A DNA stretch of 64,000 nucleotides, from positions 136,043 through 200,042 of the forward strand of contig CAWBNA010000031.1 in the NCBI GenBank assembly GCA_963789985.1. The letters run 5' to 3'. Within the stretch, counting starts at the first letter, position 1. Each line of letters starts with the position of its first letter. The notes beneath the pieces are model-generated. The model made no database searches and had not been told where the DNA came from. It saw only the letters and a list, made by a program, of their open reading frames with translations. A program made the position numbers and the translations under genes. The stretch is from an uncultured Bacteroidales bacterium (GTDB lineage Bacteria > Bacteroidota > Bacteroidia > Bacteroidales > VadinHA17). Below, one piece after another: positions 1 to 8,620 of the stretch.

Positions 1-8
1 TATTCCAT

Positions 9-134
9 GATTGTGGTAAAATGGATTGGTGAACCTTTATGATCTCCTTTGCGGACCCTTATGGTTAAAGAATTTTTGTTTAATCACAAAGTCGCCCTAA
101 GCTCTCACCAAGTGATACAAAGGTAAATCCAATG
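9..134. repeat. Word-array palindromic intergenic element, copy A (CTTTG/CAAAG-type words; may be truncated by the window edge)
   Basis: Left arm words are GATTGTGG, GATTGGTG, CCTTTATG, CCTTTGCGG and CCCTTATGG. The centre is GGTTAAAG..TTTAAT. Right arm words are CACAAAG (85-91), CCCTAAG (95-101), CACCAAG (106-112), ACAAAGG (117-123) and CCAATG. Word spacing is about 10-11 nt. The arms are only imperfectly complementary. A T6 run follows at about 143-148. Confidence 0.5.
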
Positions 135-183
135 AACAACTGTTTTTTAAACATACACTTATTGGTAAAATAAACTTATAAAA

Positions 184-837
184 ATGCAAAAGAAAATATT
201 TTCATTAATATGCCTGATTATTTTCAACTCAGTTTTTTATATGATAAAATCACAGGATATAGTCCTTTCAGTGCCGGACAAAAAAGGCGGGATGCCTTTT
301 ATGGAGGCACTGAATGAAAGGCATTCGACAAGAGAATTCACAAAGGAGAATCTCACTCTGCAGCAGCTTTCCGACCTTCTCTGGGCCGGATGGGGCTATA
401 ACAGGCCTGAAGAAAAGAAAAGGACGGCACCATCGTCAAAGGACATTCAGGAAATAGATGTTTATGCGGCAATGCAAACCGGTCTTTACATCTATGATGC
501 CGAATCAAATATCCTCAGGCAGATCCATAAAAGGGATATCAGGAAATTATGCGGGACCCAGGATTTTGTTGCCACAGCTCCACTTAACCTTATTTATGTA
601 GCCGATATGGGCAAACGGGGGAAAAAGGAAGGAGATTCAATCAATGATGGCGATCTTCTTTCTTCCTGGGCCAATACCGGTTTTATCGCGCAAAATATTT
701 ACCTCTATTGCGCTTCAGCAAAACTCGGATGCGTTATAAGGGCTATGATATCCAGAGATGATCTTGCAAAGGAAATGGGGTTGAAGTCAAATCAGAGGAT
801 AATCCTGTCGCAAACCATAGGCGTCCCGGTGAAGTAA
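184..837 (+). CDS. Nitroreductase-fold (SagB/ThcOx-like) flavoprotein with N-terminal signal-peptide-like segment
   Basis: 217-aa ORF. The motifs RHSTREF and LSDLLWAGWGYNR, and the overall length, are typical of the nitroreductase/SagB-type dehydrogenase fold. The hydrophobic N-terminus is MQKKIFSLICLIIFNSVFYMIKSQ. Confidence 0.7.
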   Translation: MQKKIFSLICLIIFNSVFYMIKSQDIVLSVPDKKGGMPFMEALNERHSTREFTKENLTLQQLSDLLWAGWGYNRPEEKKRTAPSSKDIQEIDVYAAMQTGLYIYDAESNILRQIHKRDIRKLCGTQDFVATAPLNLIYVADMGKRGKKEGDSINDGDLLSSWANTGFIAQNIYLYCASAKLGCVIRAMISRDDLAKEMGLKSNQRIILSQTIGVPVK

Positions 838-859
838 CAGGGTATAATTTTACAAGAAA

Positions 860-950
860 TTAACCACGGTGTTACACGGAGTAAAAACACCGGGTTGAAT
901 CCAATAATACGGTGTAGCCTTGTTAAACTCTGTGAAAATAAGTGGTTTAA
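860..950. repeat. Word-array palindromic intergenic element, copy B (CACGGAG/CTCTGTG words)
   Basis: The element runs from TTAACCAC (860-867) to GTGGTTTAA (942-950). CACGGAG (875-881) pairs with CTCTGTG (928-934) with one G-U wobble on the + strand. ACACCG (887-892) pairs with CGGTGT (910-915). It lies between convergent genes. Confidence 0.7.
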
Positions 951-969
951 TGTTTTGTAATAAAAGTTC

Positions 970-2430
970 TTATTCTCCCGGAGCAAGGTACAATTCTGCA
1001 TTTGAGATCAGTGGGCAGGCTTTTGACCTGATAATTGTTATTTTGATCCTTGCAGTTTTTACGGTCTGAAACTTCCTTATAATTTTATACCCAATTGTCG
1101 TGCCATCTGCTATTTTCTTCCATTCCCCGTTCACCATGGCTTCTGCTCTGAACTCCTGTACCCTTTGCCCGAGTTTTATGTATTCCTGCAATAATAACCT
1201 GTTCACTCCGGTTTCCTTACCGAGATCTATCACAAAGCTTGCAGAAGTCACATCATCAGGGGTTGCCCAGTAAGTTTCAGGATTCCCGTCATTGATATTA
1301 GATGCCTTGTATTTTTTGTCACGGACGCTTGAGGAAGTCACTTTGCATCCTTTTGCCAGCTCATTCGCGAACTCTTTTTCACGCAGATCCCTGAACGCCA
1401 TCAGCGATCTGATATCATTTTCAGGAAGAAGGCCTCTCCGGTCCGGGGGGACATTCAGGAGAAGGTTACAGTTCCTTCCCACAGAGGAATAATAAAGCTC
1501 CATCAGGTTTTCAGGAGAACGCACAAGCGAATCCTGAGAGGCATGGTAAAACCATCCCCTGCGAATTGATACGTCCACTTCTGCCGGCACCCAGTATTTT
1601 CCATTTTCCTGACCGGCTCCGAGCATGTCTGCAAAATTTCCCCCGGGATACATTTCATCCCTGTTGAGAAGTGACCAGTTGGTAAGGCTTCCCATACCAC
1701 TTTCATTTCCGACCCATCTTACATCGGGCCCTGCATCGCTGAATATCACTGCTTGTGGCTGAAGTTCCTTTACAATGCCATTGGTGACCGGCCAGTCATA
1801 ATAGGTTCTGTTGTCGATCTTTCTGGTTTCCCTGGCGCCTCCGTAAAATCCATCACCGCCATTTGCCCCGTCGAACCAGACTTCAAATATGTCGCCGTAA
1901 CCGGTGAGAATCTCGTGAAGCTGATCCCAGTAGTAAACAAGGTATTCCGGTGTTCCGTAAGCCGGGTTGTTCCTGTCCCAGGGAGAAAGGTATAATCCCA
2001 TCTTAAGTCCGTATTCTGAACAGGCTTCACTCAGTTCCCTGAGAACATCACCCTTACCATCCTTCCAAGGTGAGTTCCGCACTGAATGTCCTGTAAACTG
2101 CGAAGGCCACAGGCAGAATCCGTCATGATGCTTCGCGGTGATTATTATTCCTTTCATACCGGCTTCCTTTGCCACCTTCGCCCACTGGCGGCAATCAAGG
2201 GCGGAAGGATTGAAGACAGATTCCTTTTCATCTCCGTAGCCCCATTCTTTGTCTGTGAAAGTATTAACCGTAAAATGAACGAACATATAATATTCCATTT
2301 CCTGCCAGGCGAGCTGGTTCTCAGACGGAACCGGACCATAAGGTTCAGGTGGTTCAACTTCAGAACATGAAACCAGAAATAAAATTATAGCCGGATAAAA
2401 AAAGAACTTCTTCATAAAATTAAATATCAA
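970..2430 (-). CDS. Alpha-L-fucosidase (GH29) with C-terminal F5/8 type C (discoidin) domain, secreted/lipoprotein
   Basis: 486-aa ORF. GH29-like motifs include YYMFVHFTVNTF, AKHHDGFCLWPS and WFDGANGG. The C-terminal ~130 aa (SNINDGNPETYWAT...) is typical of F5/8-C. The signal peptide has a Cys (LVSC). Confidence 0.85.
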   Translation of the reverse strand: MIFNFMKKFFFYPAIILFLVSCSEVEPPEPYGPVPSENQLAWQEMEYYMFVHFTVNTFTDKEWGYGDEKESVFNPSALDCRQWAKVAKEAGMKGIIITAKHHDGFCLWPSQFTGHSVRNSPWKDGKGDVLRELSEACSEYGLKMGLYLSPWDRNNPAYGTPEYLVYYWDQLHEILTGYGDIFEVWFDGANGGDGFYGGARETRKIDNRTYYDWPVTNGIVKELQPQAVIFSDAGPDVRWVGNESGMGSLTNWSLLNRDEMYPGGNFADMLGAGQENGKYWVPAEVDVSIRRGWFYHASQDSLVRSPENLMELYYSSVGRNCNLLLNVPPDRRGLLPENDIRSLMAFRDLREKEFANELAKGCKVTSSSVRDKKYKASNINDGNPETYWATPDDVTSASFVIDLGKETGVNRLLLQEYIKLGQRVQEFRAEAMVNGEWKKIADGTTIGYKIIRKFQTVKTARIKITIIRSKACPLISNAELYLAPGE

Positions 2431-4165
2431 ATATTTCCCTTACATAAATATCTCTGAATTCCAGACCTGTGCCATGAGCCTGAAGCTCGATCGGGCCTTT
2501 AGGGAATATCGGTATTTTGCGGTCCCAGTAATTCTCCATGACTACCTTGTCGACCACAAGCACACCATTAAGCCACACTGATACCTTGTCTCCGATCATC
2601 ATTATCCTGAAAGTGTTCCAGTCACCTACGGGGTTATCAGCAACTTTGAGGGGCTTCGAAGGGCCAATCTGGTTGTTATACAAGCCACCTGAACCCACCC
2701 TGGCTCCCACATCAGTTCTCGATGTGTCCCATATCTGAACCTGTGGAGATCCCCTGAGATAGATCCCGCTGTCGCCATTTTTTGTGATTTTCCAGTCAAC
2801 AAGCATCTCAAAATCACCATATTCTGTGACCGAGCAAAGATTGTCTCCCGTGCCGTTGAAAAAGATGCATCCGTCTTTGACACTCCAGTTTAAAGGAACC
2901 TGCTTATCTGCCTCTGCCTGCTTTCTTTCAAGTTCTTCTTTTGACATCTTTGACCTGGCAATTGGATTTTCGACAAGTCCATGCCATCCGGCGAGGTCCT
3001 TGCCATTGAACATAGGCTTAAAGCCTTCATCAGGAGGCATAGCTGCAAGATACTTATCAATCTTTTCCTTTTTGTAAACATTTTCCGGTCCTGTCAGTTT
3101 TAATGTTGCCTTTGATAGAATATCCCGCACAATAGTCCCATACATGCCAGCTTCCAGGCCGACCGAAGGCAGAGCAATATTCATGGCAGCATTTGCCGCG
3201 GCCAAAGAGGTTGCAGGATCATCAAGGTAGCCGGCAACAAAAAAAAGGGACTGGTATGTTTTCAGAGTGCCTGTCTGTTCAATAATCTCATTTTTACGTT
3301 CCTTATTGCGGGCATAGGGCATTATTTTCCGGAGCAGGAGAAGCTTCTGTTCATCAGTCATTAAGGCTGACTTTAAGCGGTTTACATATCCTTCAAAAGC
3401 AGGCTCCTCAAATGTCTTGTTTCCGGATGCGCAAATGTCATATAAAGCTGAAACGGCACTGTTGTCTTTCCATGAGATCAGGGCCCTGAAACAGGTATCC
3501 CTGGTTTCTGAATTTCCGTTTTCAAATTCCTTCATCACAGTTATAAGTGCTTTCCTTCCACCCGTTCTGGCGAGAACAGGAATTATTTTTTCTTTTTGAA
3601 CCTTACTGTTCATTGTTTTAATAAGTTCGTCTGATCTTTTCTCAGGATCACTGATCTTTCCTGATGCGGAAGCCAGTGCAGACCGTACATAAGCGATGTA
3701 AACCTTATCATTTGTTGAAGAAAGAAGGTCAATAAGCATCGATATGTCAGCAGGCTCAGCAAGATCTGCAAGCGCCCTGTAAGCTACTTTTCTGACAGTT
3801 TCATCGTCAGATGAAGTATAAGGCAGAACATCCTTAAAAAATTCATTTCCACTGCTCCACGCCATTAATTCGATCACACTCCTCTTTTCCGCAAAAACGC
3901 CATCTTTTAAAACAGGCCTCAACAGTGCAATCTCACTGCGTCCCGATTCTGTCATAAGAATTGATTTAGCTGCTGCCTGATCGGTAGTGTCAGAGAATTC
4001 ATCAAGATATTCAATAAGAGCATTTAAATATGTCTTATTATCGGAAGGAAGCCTGGCAAGCAGGTCGGTAACCTTTGTTTCAATTGCTCTTTTGTCCTGT
4101 GCATTTGTTCCGGATCCGATCAAAAAGCAAGAGAGAACAACAGGCAGGTATTTTAGTATTTTCAT
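2420..4165 (-). CDS. Secreted HEAT-repeat protein fused to a DUF1080 (3-keto-disaccharide hydrolase-like, concanavalin-type) domain
   Basis: 581-aa ORF with a signal peptide. The N-terminal ~380 aa is alpha-helical and repeat-like. The C-terminal segment GFKPMFNGKDLAGWHG...WSVKDGCI...GDFEMLVDWK...NSGIYLRG...ELQAHGTGLEFRDIYVREI matches the DUF1080 pattern. The stop overlaps the start of the fucosidase gene by 11 nt. Confidence 0.7.
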   Translation of the reverse strand: MKILKYLPVVLSCFLIGSGTNAQDKRAIETKVTDLLARLPSDNKTYLNALIEYLDEFSDTTDQAAAKSILMTESGRSEIALLRPVLKDGVFAEKRSVIELMAWSSGNEFFKDVLPYTSSDDETVRKVAYRALADLAEPADISMLIDLLSSTNDKVYIAYVRSALASASGKISDPEKRSDELIKTMNSKVQKEKIIPVLARTGGRKALITVMKEFENGNSETRDTCFRALISWKDNSAVSALYDICASGNKTFEEPAFEGYVNRLKSALMTDEQKLLLLRKIMPYARNKERKNEIIEQTGTLKTYQSLFFVAGYLDDPATSLAAANAAMNIALPSVGLEAGMYGTIVRDILSKATLKLTGPENVYKKEKIDKYLAAMPPDEGFKPMFNGKDLAGWHGLVENPIARSKMSKEELERKQAEADKQVPLNWSVKDGCIFFNGTGDNLCSVTEYGDFEMLVDWKITKNGDSGIYLRGSPQVQIWDTSRTDVGARVGSGGLYNNQIGPSKPLKVADNPVGDWNTFRIMMIGDKVSVWLNGVLVVDKVVMENYWDRKIPIFPKGPIELQAHGTGLEFRDIYVREIFDI

Positions 4166-4713
4166 TTTTTCAGATTTTCAGTTTTCACATTTTCAAATTC
4201 TTAAATCCGGCACCTGTGTTATATTTCCCATGGCCTTCACAATGTTTTTTTATCAACATTTCGGTTCCATATTCATTAATACACGGTTGCCTGACCGGAT
4301 CATAGATCAGGTTGCCGGGAAACCAACTTGAGGCCCTCAGACTCTCCTCATGCAATTTGTAGGATTTATGGCAAAGTTCAAACAGAAAAATGACATTTTT
4401 AATATGAAAAATGCCCCCCGGTTCATTTTACAGATGGTTCTGTGAATAACAGAGGCTGGGGGGCAATATTCTCCGGAGTCAGGGGGAAGTGGGAAAGTAA
4501 GACTCCGGAATCACACTTTTTCACCGTCATGTTTTACAATGACAGGACTTAAATTCATTCGAAGATAGTCAAGAAAATGCCAACAATATTAAACTACCAA
4601 TCCTATTGTATAAGCGATATTGTTGATTGTATAAGGAGTATCCTATGCTGGATAAAAAGGCATTTCTTCTAAAAAGAAAACTCATTGATTCCCTGAAAAC
4701 AAGACCAAAAAGG

Positions 4714-5466
4714 TCAATGCTGGTCCCTTATTTTATCGGAAAGAAGCTTTATCCTGTCGTGCGAAATTTCGCATTCATGCTCTTTTCCGTTGTTGTAAAG
4801 AATGCACTGATGTTTCGTGGAATTTATTTTTTTCAAATAATCAAGGTTTATTATGCATGCCCTCCCGGTACGGAAGAATTTGTCGGGCGGGAGCTGTTCT
4901 TCGACTTTACCGAGAAGGATTGTGACAGTTTCCGTCCTCCCCGTGCTTAAAGAGAAGACAGAATAATTTCCTTCGGCTCTCACGCACATGATTTCGGTTG
5001 GATCGATAATTACCATTCCCGAAATATTTTTGTATATAAGCTTTTTGTAATTATCAAGAAGCATTTCTGCATTCTGTGCTGTTCCTGCCATCAGGCGGTT
5101 CATGGCCCTCAGCAAACTGTCCGAAAGACGTTTTGGATCGACAGGTTTCAGAAGATAGTCAAACGCGGCATATTCAAATGCCCTTATGGCAAACTCATCG
5201 TAAGCGGTCGTAAAAATTATATATGGATTTACCGTTCTTAATTTCTTCAGGTCATCGAGCACTTCAAAACCGCTTTTGCCTGGCATTTTTATATCAAGAA
5301 ATACAATGTCAGGCTGGCAACTGACAATGATCTTAACAGCATCAGCCGGATTTGTAGCTGAAGCTTCAACAGTTGCAAGCCCTGTCCATTCAATAAGATC
5401 CTGAAGCAGCAAAAGTGATTCTAACTCATCTTCAACAATCGCTGTCAAAAGCTTTCTCTTTTTCAT
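4714..5466 (-). CDS. LytTR-family response regulator (REC + LytTR DNA-binding domain)
   Basis: 250-aa ORF. The receiver motif is DIVFLDIKMPGKSGFE. The C-terminal ~100 aa has the LytTR pattern (IIDPTEIMCVRAEGNYS...). The start overlaps the kinase stop (ATGA). Confidence 0.85.
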   Translation of the reverse strand: MKKRKLLTAIVEDELESLLLLQDLIEWTGLATVEASATNPADAVKIIVSCQPDIVFLDIKMPGKSGFEVLDDLKKLRTVNPYIIFTTAYDEFAIRAFEYAAFDYLLKPVDPKRLSDSLLRAMNRLMAGTAQNAEMLLDNYKKLIYKNISGMVIIDPTEIMCVRAEGNYSVFSLSTGRTETVTILLGKVEEQLPPDKFFRTGRACIINLDYLKKINSTKHQCILYNNGKEHECEISHDRIKLLSDKIRDQH

Positions 5467-8438
5467 TTCTCATTTAATTCAACAAAAAAGTTGTTGTAAT
5501 CATAATTATCCGGAATAATTATTCTGACTTCCGTTCCTGAAGGAATTCCTTCTTTTTCCAGGTCGATAATATCAATGCATGCTTTGTTTTTATTTGCTTT
5601 ATTCATCTTTTCTATGATCGCACTGATGATCCTTATACTCTGACCGGTTCCACCTGTCTGAATTTTCATTGCAGCAGCCCTTCCTATTCCATTGTCACGT
5701 ATCATAAGATTCAGATTAGAATCATTCTTCAGAACTTCAACATCAACTCTTCCCCCTTCAATCTTATGCTCAATCCCGTGCTTAATTGAATTTTCCACAA
5801 AAAGCTGAATTCCCAATTTAGGTATTTCCAGGTTATCATCTACATTTTCATGCACGGTCACCGAATAGCTGAGTCTTTCCTTAAACCTGAGCTTCTGAAG
5901 CTCCAGATAGTTCCGGACAAAGTCCAGTTCTTTAGAAAGAGGTATTGTGGCATAACCATCGGCATTCAGGACGGATCTGAGCATTCCGGAGAATTTTGCT
6001 ATATATTCATATGCTGCTTTTCTGTCTTCTTTCATTATAAGGGAGCCGATAGATGATATGACATTAAAGGTAAAATGGGCATCAAACTGTTTTAAGATCG
6101 ATTTTACCTGTATCCGCATTACTTCAAGTTTCAACTTTTGTTCCTTGGCGATTCTTGCCTGACGGCTTTTGAACAAGTACCATGTACCAAGAATGTTGAT
6201 GCCAATAACCATGACGATCATAATAATCAGGAAAAGCGGCGTCTGCCAGAAAACCGGTACATTTCTGAAGGCAAGTCTCAGGGGTTCAGGTGTCTGAATT
6301 CCATCGGCATTGGCTGCAGTCAGTTCAAAGATAAACTTGCCGGGAGGGAGCTTTTCATAGGTTACAGACCGTTCCCTGACCGGTTGGGACCATTCCTCAT
6401 TAAATCCGGAAAGCCTGTAACGATATGTCACTTTTTCAGGATTTGTAGTGGAAATACCTGTGAAGGTTATTTTCAGACTTTTCCAGCGGAGGCAGAAACT
6501 TATCTGCTGTGGCAATCCATAATAAAAGCCCTGTTTTATGACCGGCTTCCATTGAAGGGAATCATTCTTATAAAAAATACCTGTAAGGTGCAAAATCGGA
6601 GGCAACTTATTCACCTGGAGTCTTCCCGGATTAAATTTAACCACCATATCTGAGGTGAGTATCCAGAAATTACCGTTTTTGTCCCTGATGATTCCGTTAT
6701 CAAGACAATCGTCTCCCTCAAAACCATCTGTTTTATCATAAATTCTAATTCCGTCGCTCCTGTTCCTGTAGTACTTTTCAAGATCAATTACACAAATGTC
6801 AGAAACCCTGCCTGCAATTAAATGAGTACTATCCATAAGGATAATGCTGTTTGCCGGCCTGATGGGAGATTCAGGGACAGCCATTGTAAATTTATCTGAC
6901 GATTTTCCTTTGAAAAAAAGCCCTTCTTCGGAGGTAACCCAGATACCACCGTACATATCAGTAACCAGGGTAAATGAATTTATATGCGGAAATTGTTCAT
7001 CCTTTAAATATGTAAGTTTATCCCCGTCCATCACTACCAGACCCTTGTGCCCTGATAACCAATATTTTCCTTCAGAGTCCCTGGTAATTCCCTCTACATC
7101 TCCGAGGTCGTTATCATTCAATTCTTTTCTGCAGGTAATAGTATTGTTTTTAAGAATAAACAGGCCCCTGTCGGTACCGATCATTATTTTCTTTTCTTCA
7201 GGGTCCTCATAAATAATGCATACCTGTGTTCCGGGAGGAAGTGATTTAAGTTTTGAAAACTTTTTCCCGTTCCAGATCAGCACTCCTTTATTTGTAGAAA
7301 ACCAGAGTTCACCTCCCGACAATCTTATGCTCCCTTTATAAAATGCCGTCTGATTGTCAAAAATCAATTTATATTCATTTCTTTTCTTAAAATTCTTCCC
7401 GTCGTATTCAACGAGGTCCCCATAAAGTGATCCGAACCAAAGGTGTCCGTCATTGCTTTCCAAAATTGTCCATATATTCCCGATTCCTATTTTAATTTCC
7501 CTGAAGGAAGAAAATGCAGTAGAAACAAGTCGCTGAACATTCCTTTCAGAAGGGAACCATAAAATTCCTTCCCTGTCGATAAATGTCCGGACTGGGGTAA
7601 ATGGCAATTCTATCCTGTTAATGGACCTGCCGTCAGACACTGTCAGTTCCTTCCCCGGAATAAGATAATTATATTCTGCACTTACCTTTCCCAAATAGTT
7701 CATTTGCGGCCTGAGTTCAAGCTTTCCGTTTATGTACTCATAAGCTTCGCTGCCCTTCTTTAAAACCACATTGCCATCCTCTGTGTACATATCATCAAAT
7801 TTCATCTTTGAGACGAGAGTGAATAAGCTATCCTTTAATGCCCATACATTCCCGTATTTATCAAAGACAATAAAAGCATCATTTTTCCCGGACATGCATG
7901 CATCAAAGATGGACAGGGTATCCAAGGACTTGAGGTGTGATGAAAAGTCGGTATAAGTGCCATTACTGAATTTAAATATTCTAAAGTTAATTTTCCCCGG
8001 CCTGTTACCTAAAAAATAAATTACATTTGATCCGTTCTTCCCCGAAACAGGATTCTTGTCGAGAATGTTTTCCAGGGGGTAACTCCTGAATCCGATGCCG
8101 TCATATGTTGAAAGTCCGCTTTTTTCTGATCTTGCCCAGATTATGCCAAGGCTGTCCTCGAAAACTCCCTGAACCTCATTTGAGATCAAACCTTCCTTCC
8201 GGGTGTAATTCACAAACTCTATTCCGTCAAACCGGGATAATCCATTCCTTGTCGGAATCCATATATATCCCCTTCTATCCTGAAATATCATGTTCGCCTG
8301 GCTCTGGGGCAGTCCGTCCAACGAGCTGTATTCACGGAACGGATAATCCTGTGCCTGCAGGCAAGCAATAAAAAAAATTTCAATAATTGCCGACAGGAAA
8401 ATCAATTTTATAACAGGCTGTTTTATTTTTGCCAGCAT
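5463..8438 (-). CDS. Sensor histidine kinase: periplasmic beta-propeller repeats + Y_Y_Y domain, one TM, LytS-type His_kinase + GHKL ATPase
   Basis: The ORF track extends to 8492. I prefer the ATG at 8438 (MLAKIKQPVIKLIFLSAIIEIFF..., signal/TM). Repeated G.IW..T..GL..FDG motifs appear along the sensor part. The Y_Y_Y-like region is YRYRLSGFNEEWS. A TM follows, then the FDAHFTFNVISSI and QLFVENSIKHG motifs of LytS-type kinases. Confidence 0.8.
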   Translation of the reverse strand: MLAKIKQPVIKLIFLSAIIEIFFIACLQAQDYPFREYSSLDGLPQSQANMIFQDRRGYIWIPTRNGLSRFDGIEFVNYTRKEGLISNEVQGVFEDSLGIIWARSEKSGLSTYDGIGFRSYPLENILDKNPVSGKNGSNVIYFLGNRPGKINFRIFKFSNGTYTDFSSHLKSLDTLSIFDACMSGKNDAFIVFDKYGNVWALKDSLFTLVSKMKFDDMYTEDGNVVLKKGSEAYEYINGKLELRPQMNYLGKVSAEYNYLIPGKELTVSDGRSINRIELPFTPVRTFIDREGILWFPSERNVQRLVSTAFSSFREIKIGIGNIWTILESNDGHLWFGSLYGDLVEYDGKNFKKRNEYKLIFDNQTAFYKGSIRLSGGELWFSTNKGVLIWNGKKFSKLKSLPPGTQVCIIYEDPEEKKIMIGTDRGLFILKNNTITCRKELNDNDLGDVEGITRDSEGKYWLSGHKGLVVMDGDKLTYLKDEQFPHINSFTLVTDMYGGIWVTSEEGLFFKGKSSDKFTMAVPESPIRPANSIILMDSTHLIAGRVSDICVIDLEKYYRNRSDGIRIYDKTDGFEGDDCLDNGIIRDKNGNFWILTSDMVVKFNPGRLQVNKLPPILHLTGIFYKNDSLQWKPVIKQGFYYGLPQQISFCLRWKSLKITFTGISTTNPEKVTYRYRLSGFNEEWSQPVRERSVTYEKLPPGKFIFELTAANADGIQTPEPLRLAFRNVPVFWQTPLFLIIMIVMVIGINILGTWYLFKSRQARIAKEQKLKLEVMRIQVKSILKQFDAHFTFNVISSIGSLIMKEDRKAAYEYIAKFSGMLRSVLNADGYATIPLSKELDFVRNYLELQKLRFKERLSYSVTVHENVDDNLEIPKLGIQLFVENSIKHGIEHKIEGGRVDVEVLKNDSNLNLMIRDNGIGRAAAMKIQTGGTGQSIRIISAIIEKMNKANKNKACIDIIDLEKEGIPSGTEVRIIIPDNYDYNNFFVELNEK

Positions 8439-8620
8439 ATAAACCTGATTTCTATTTTCTTTCCAACGATCAGTAGTACGACAAAAATACAAAAAAATGA
8501 TCTTCGCCGGTCATCAGTCAGTGCTTAGAAAAAAGTTACCTCTATTCCGTGTCCGGAACTGCCGTGAAAATGACCTTTAAAATGTCAACGTTCCGCTTAA
8601 AAGATCGACATCTCCGTAGA

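Noticed and set aside
4469-4511. Could the hairpin with the loop AGGGGGAAGUGGGAAAGUAA be SRP (4.5S) RNA domain IV?
   Set aside because: The conserved GGAA/AGCA symmetric-loop context (…GGAAGCAGC…) is absent. The helix is also too short, and there is no extended closing helix.
4627-4950. Small intergenic or overlapping ORFs: 4627-4950, 13107-13319, 18695-18931, 58068-58256 and 792-1001.
   Set aside because: None has a recognisable motif. Several use non-ATG starts, overlap better-supported genes or the palindromic repeats, and have AT-rich low-complexity translations.
8546-8619. Is there a half-copy of the word-array element downstream of the MFS gene (TCCGTG, GCCGTG, TTCCGC, CTCCGTAG)? A similar trace occurs at 59094-59125 (TTAACTCTGC...TTTGTG).
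   Set aside because: Only one arm is present, the spacing is irregular (15-30 nt) and there is no complementary arm. It could be chance or an eroded remnant.
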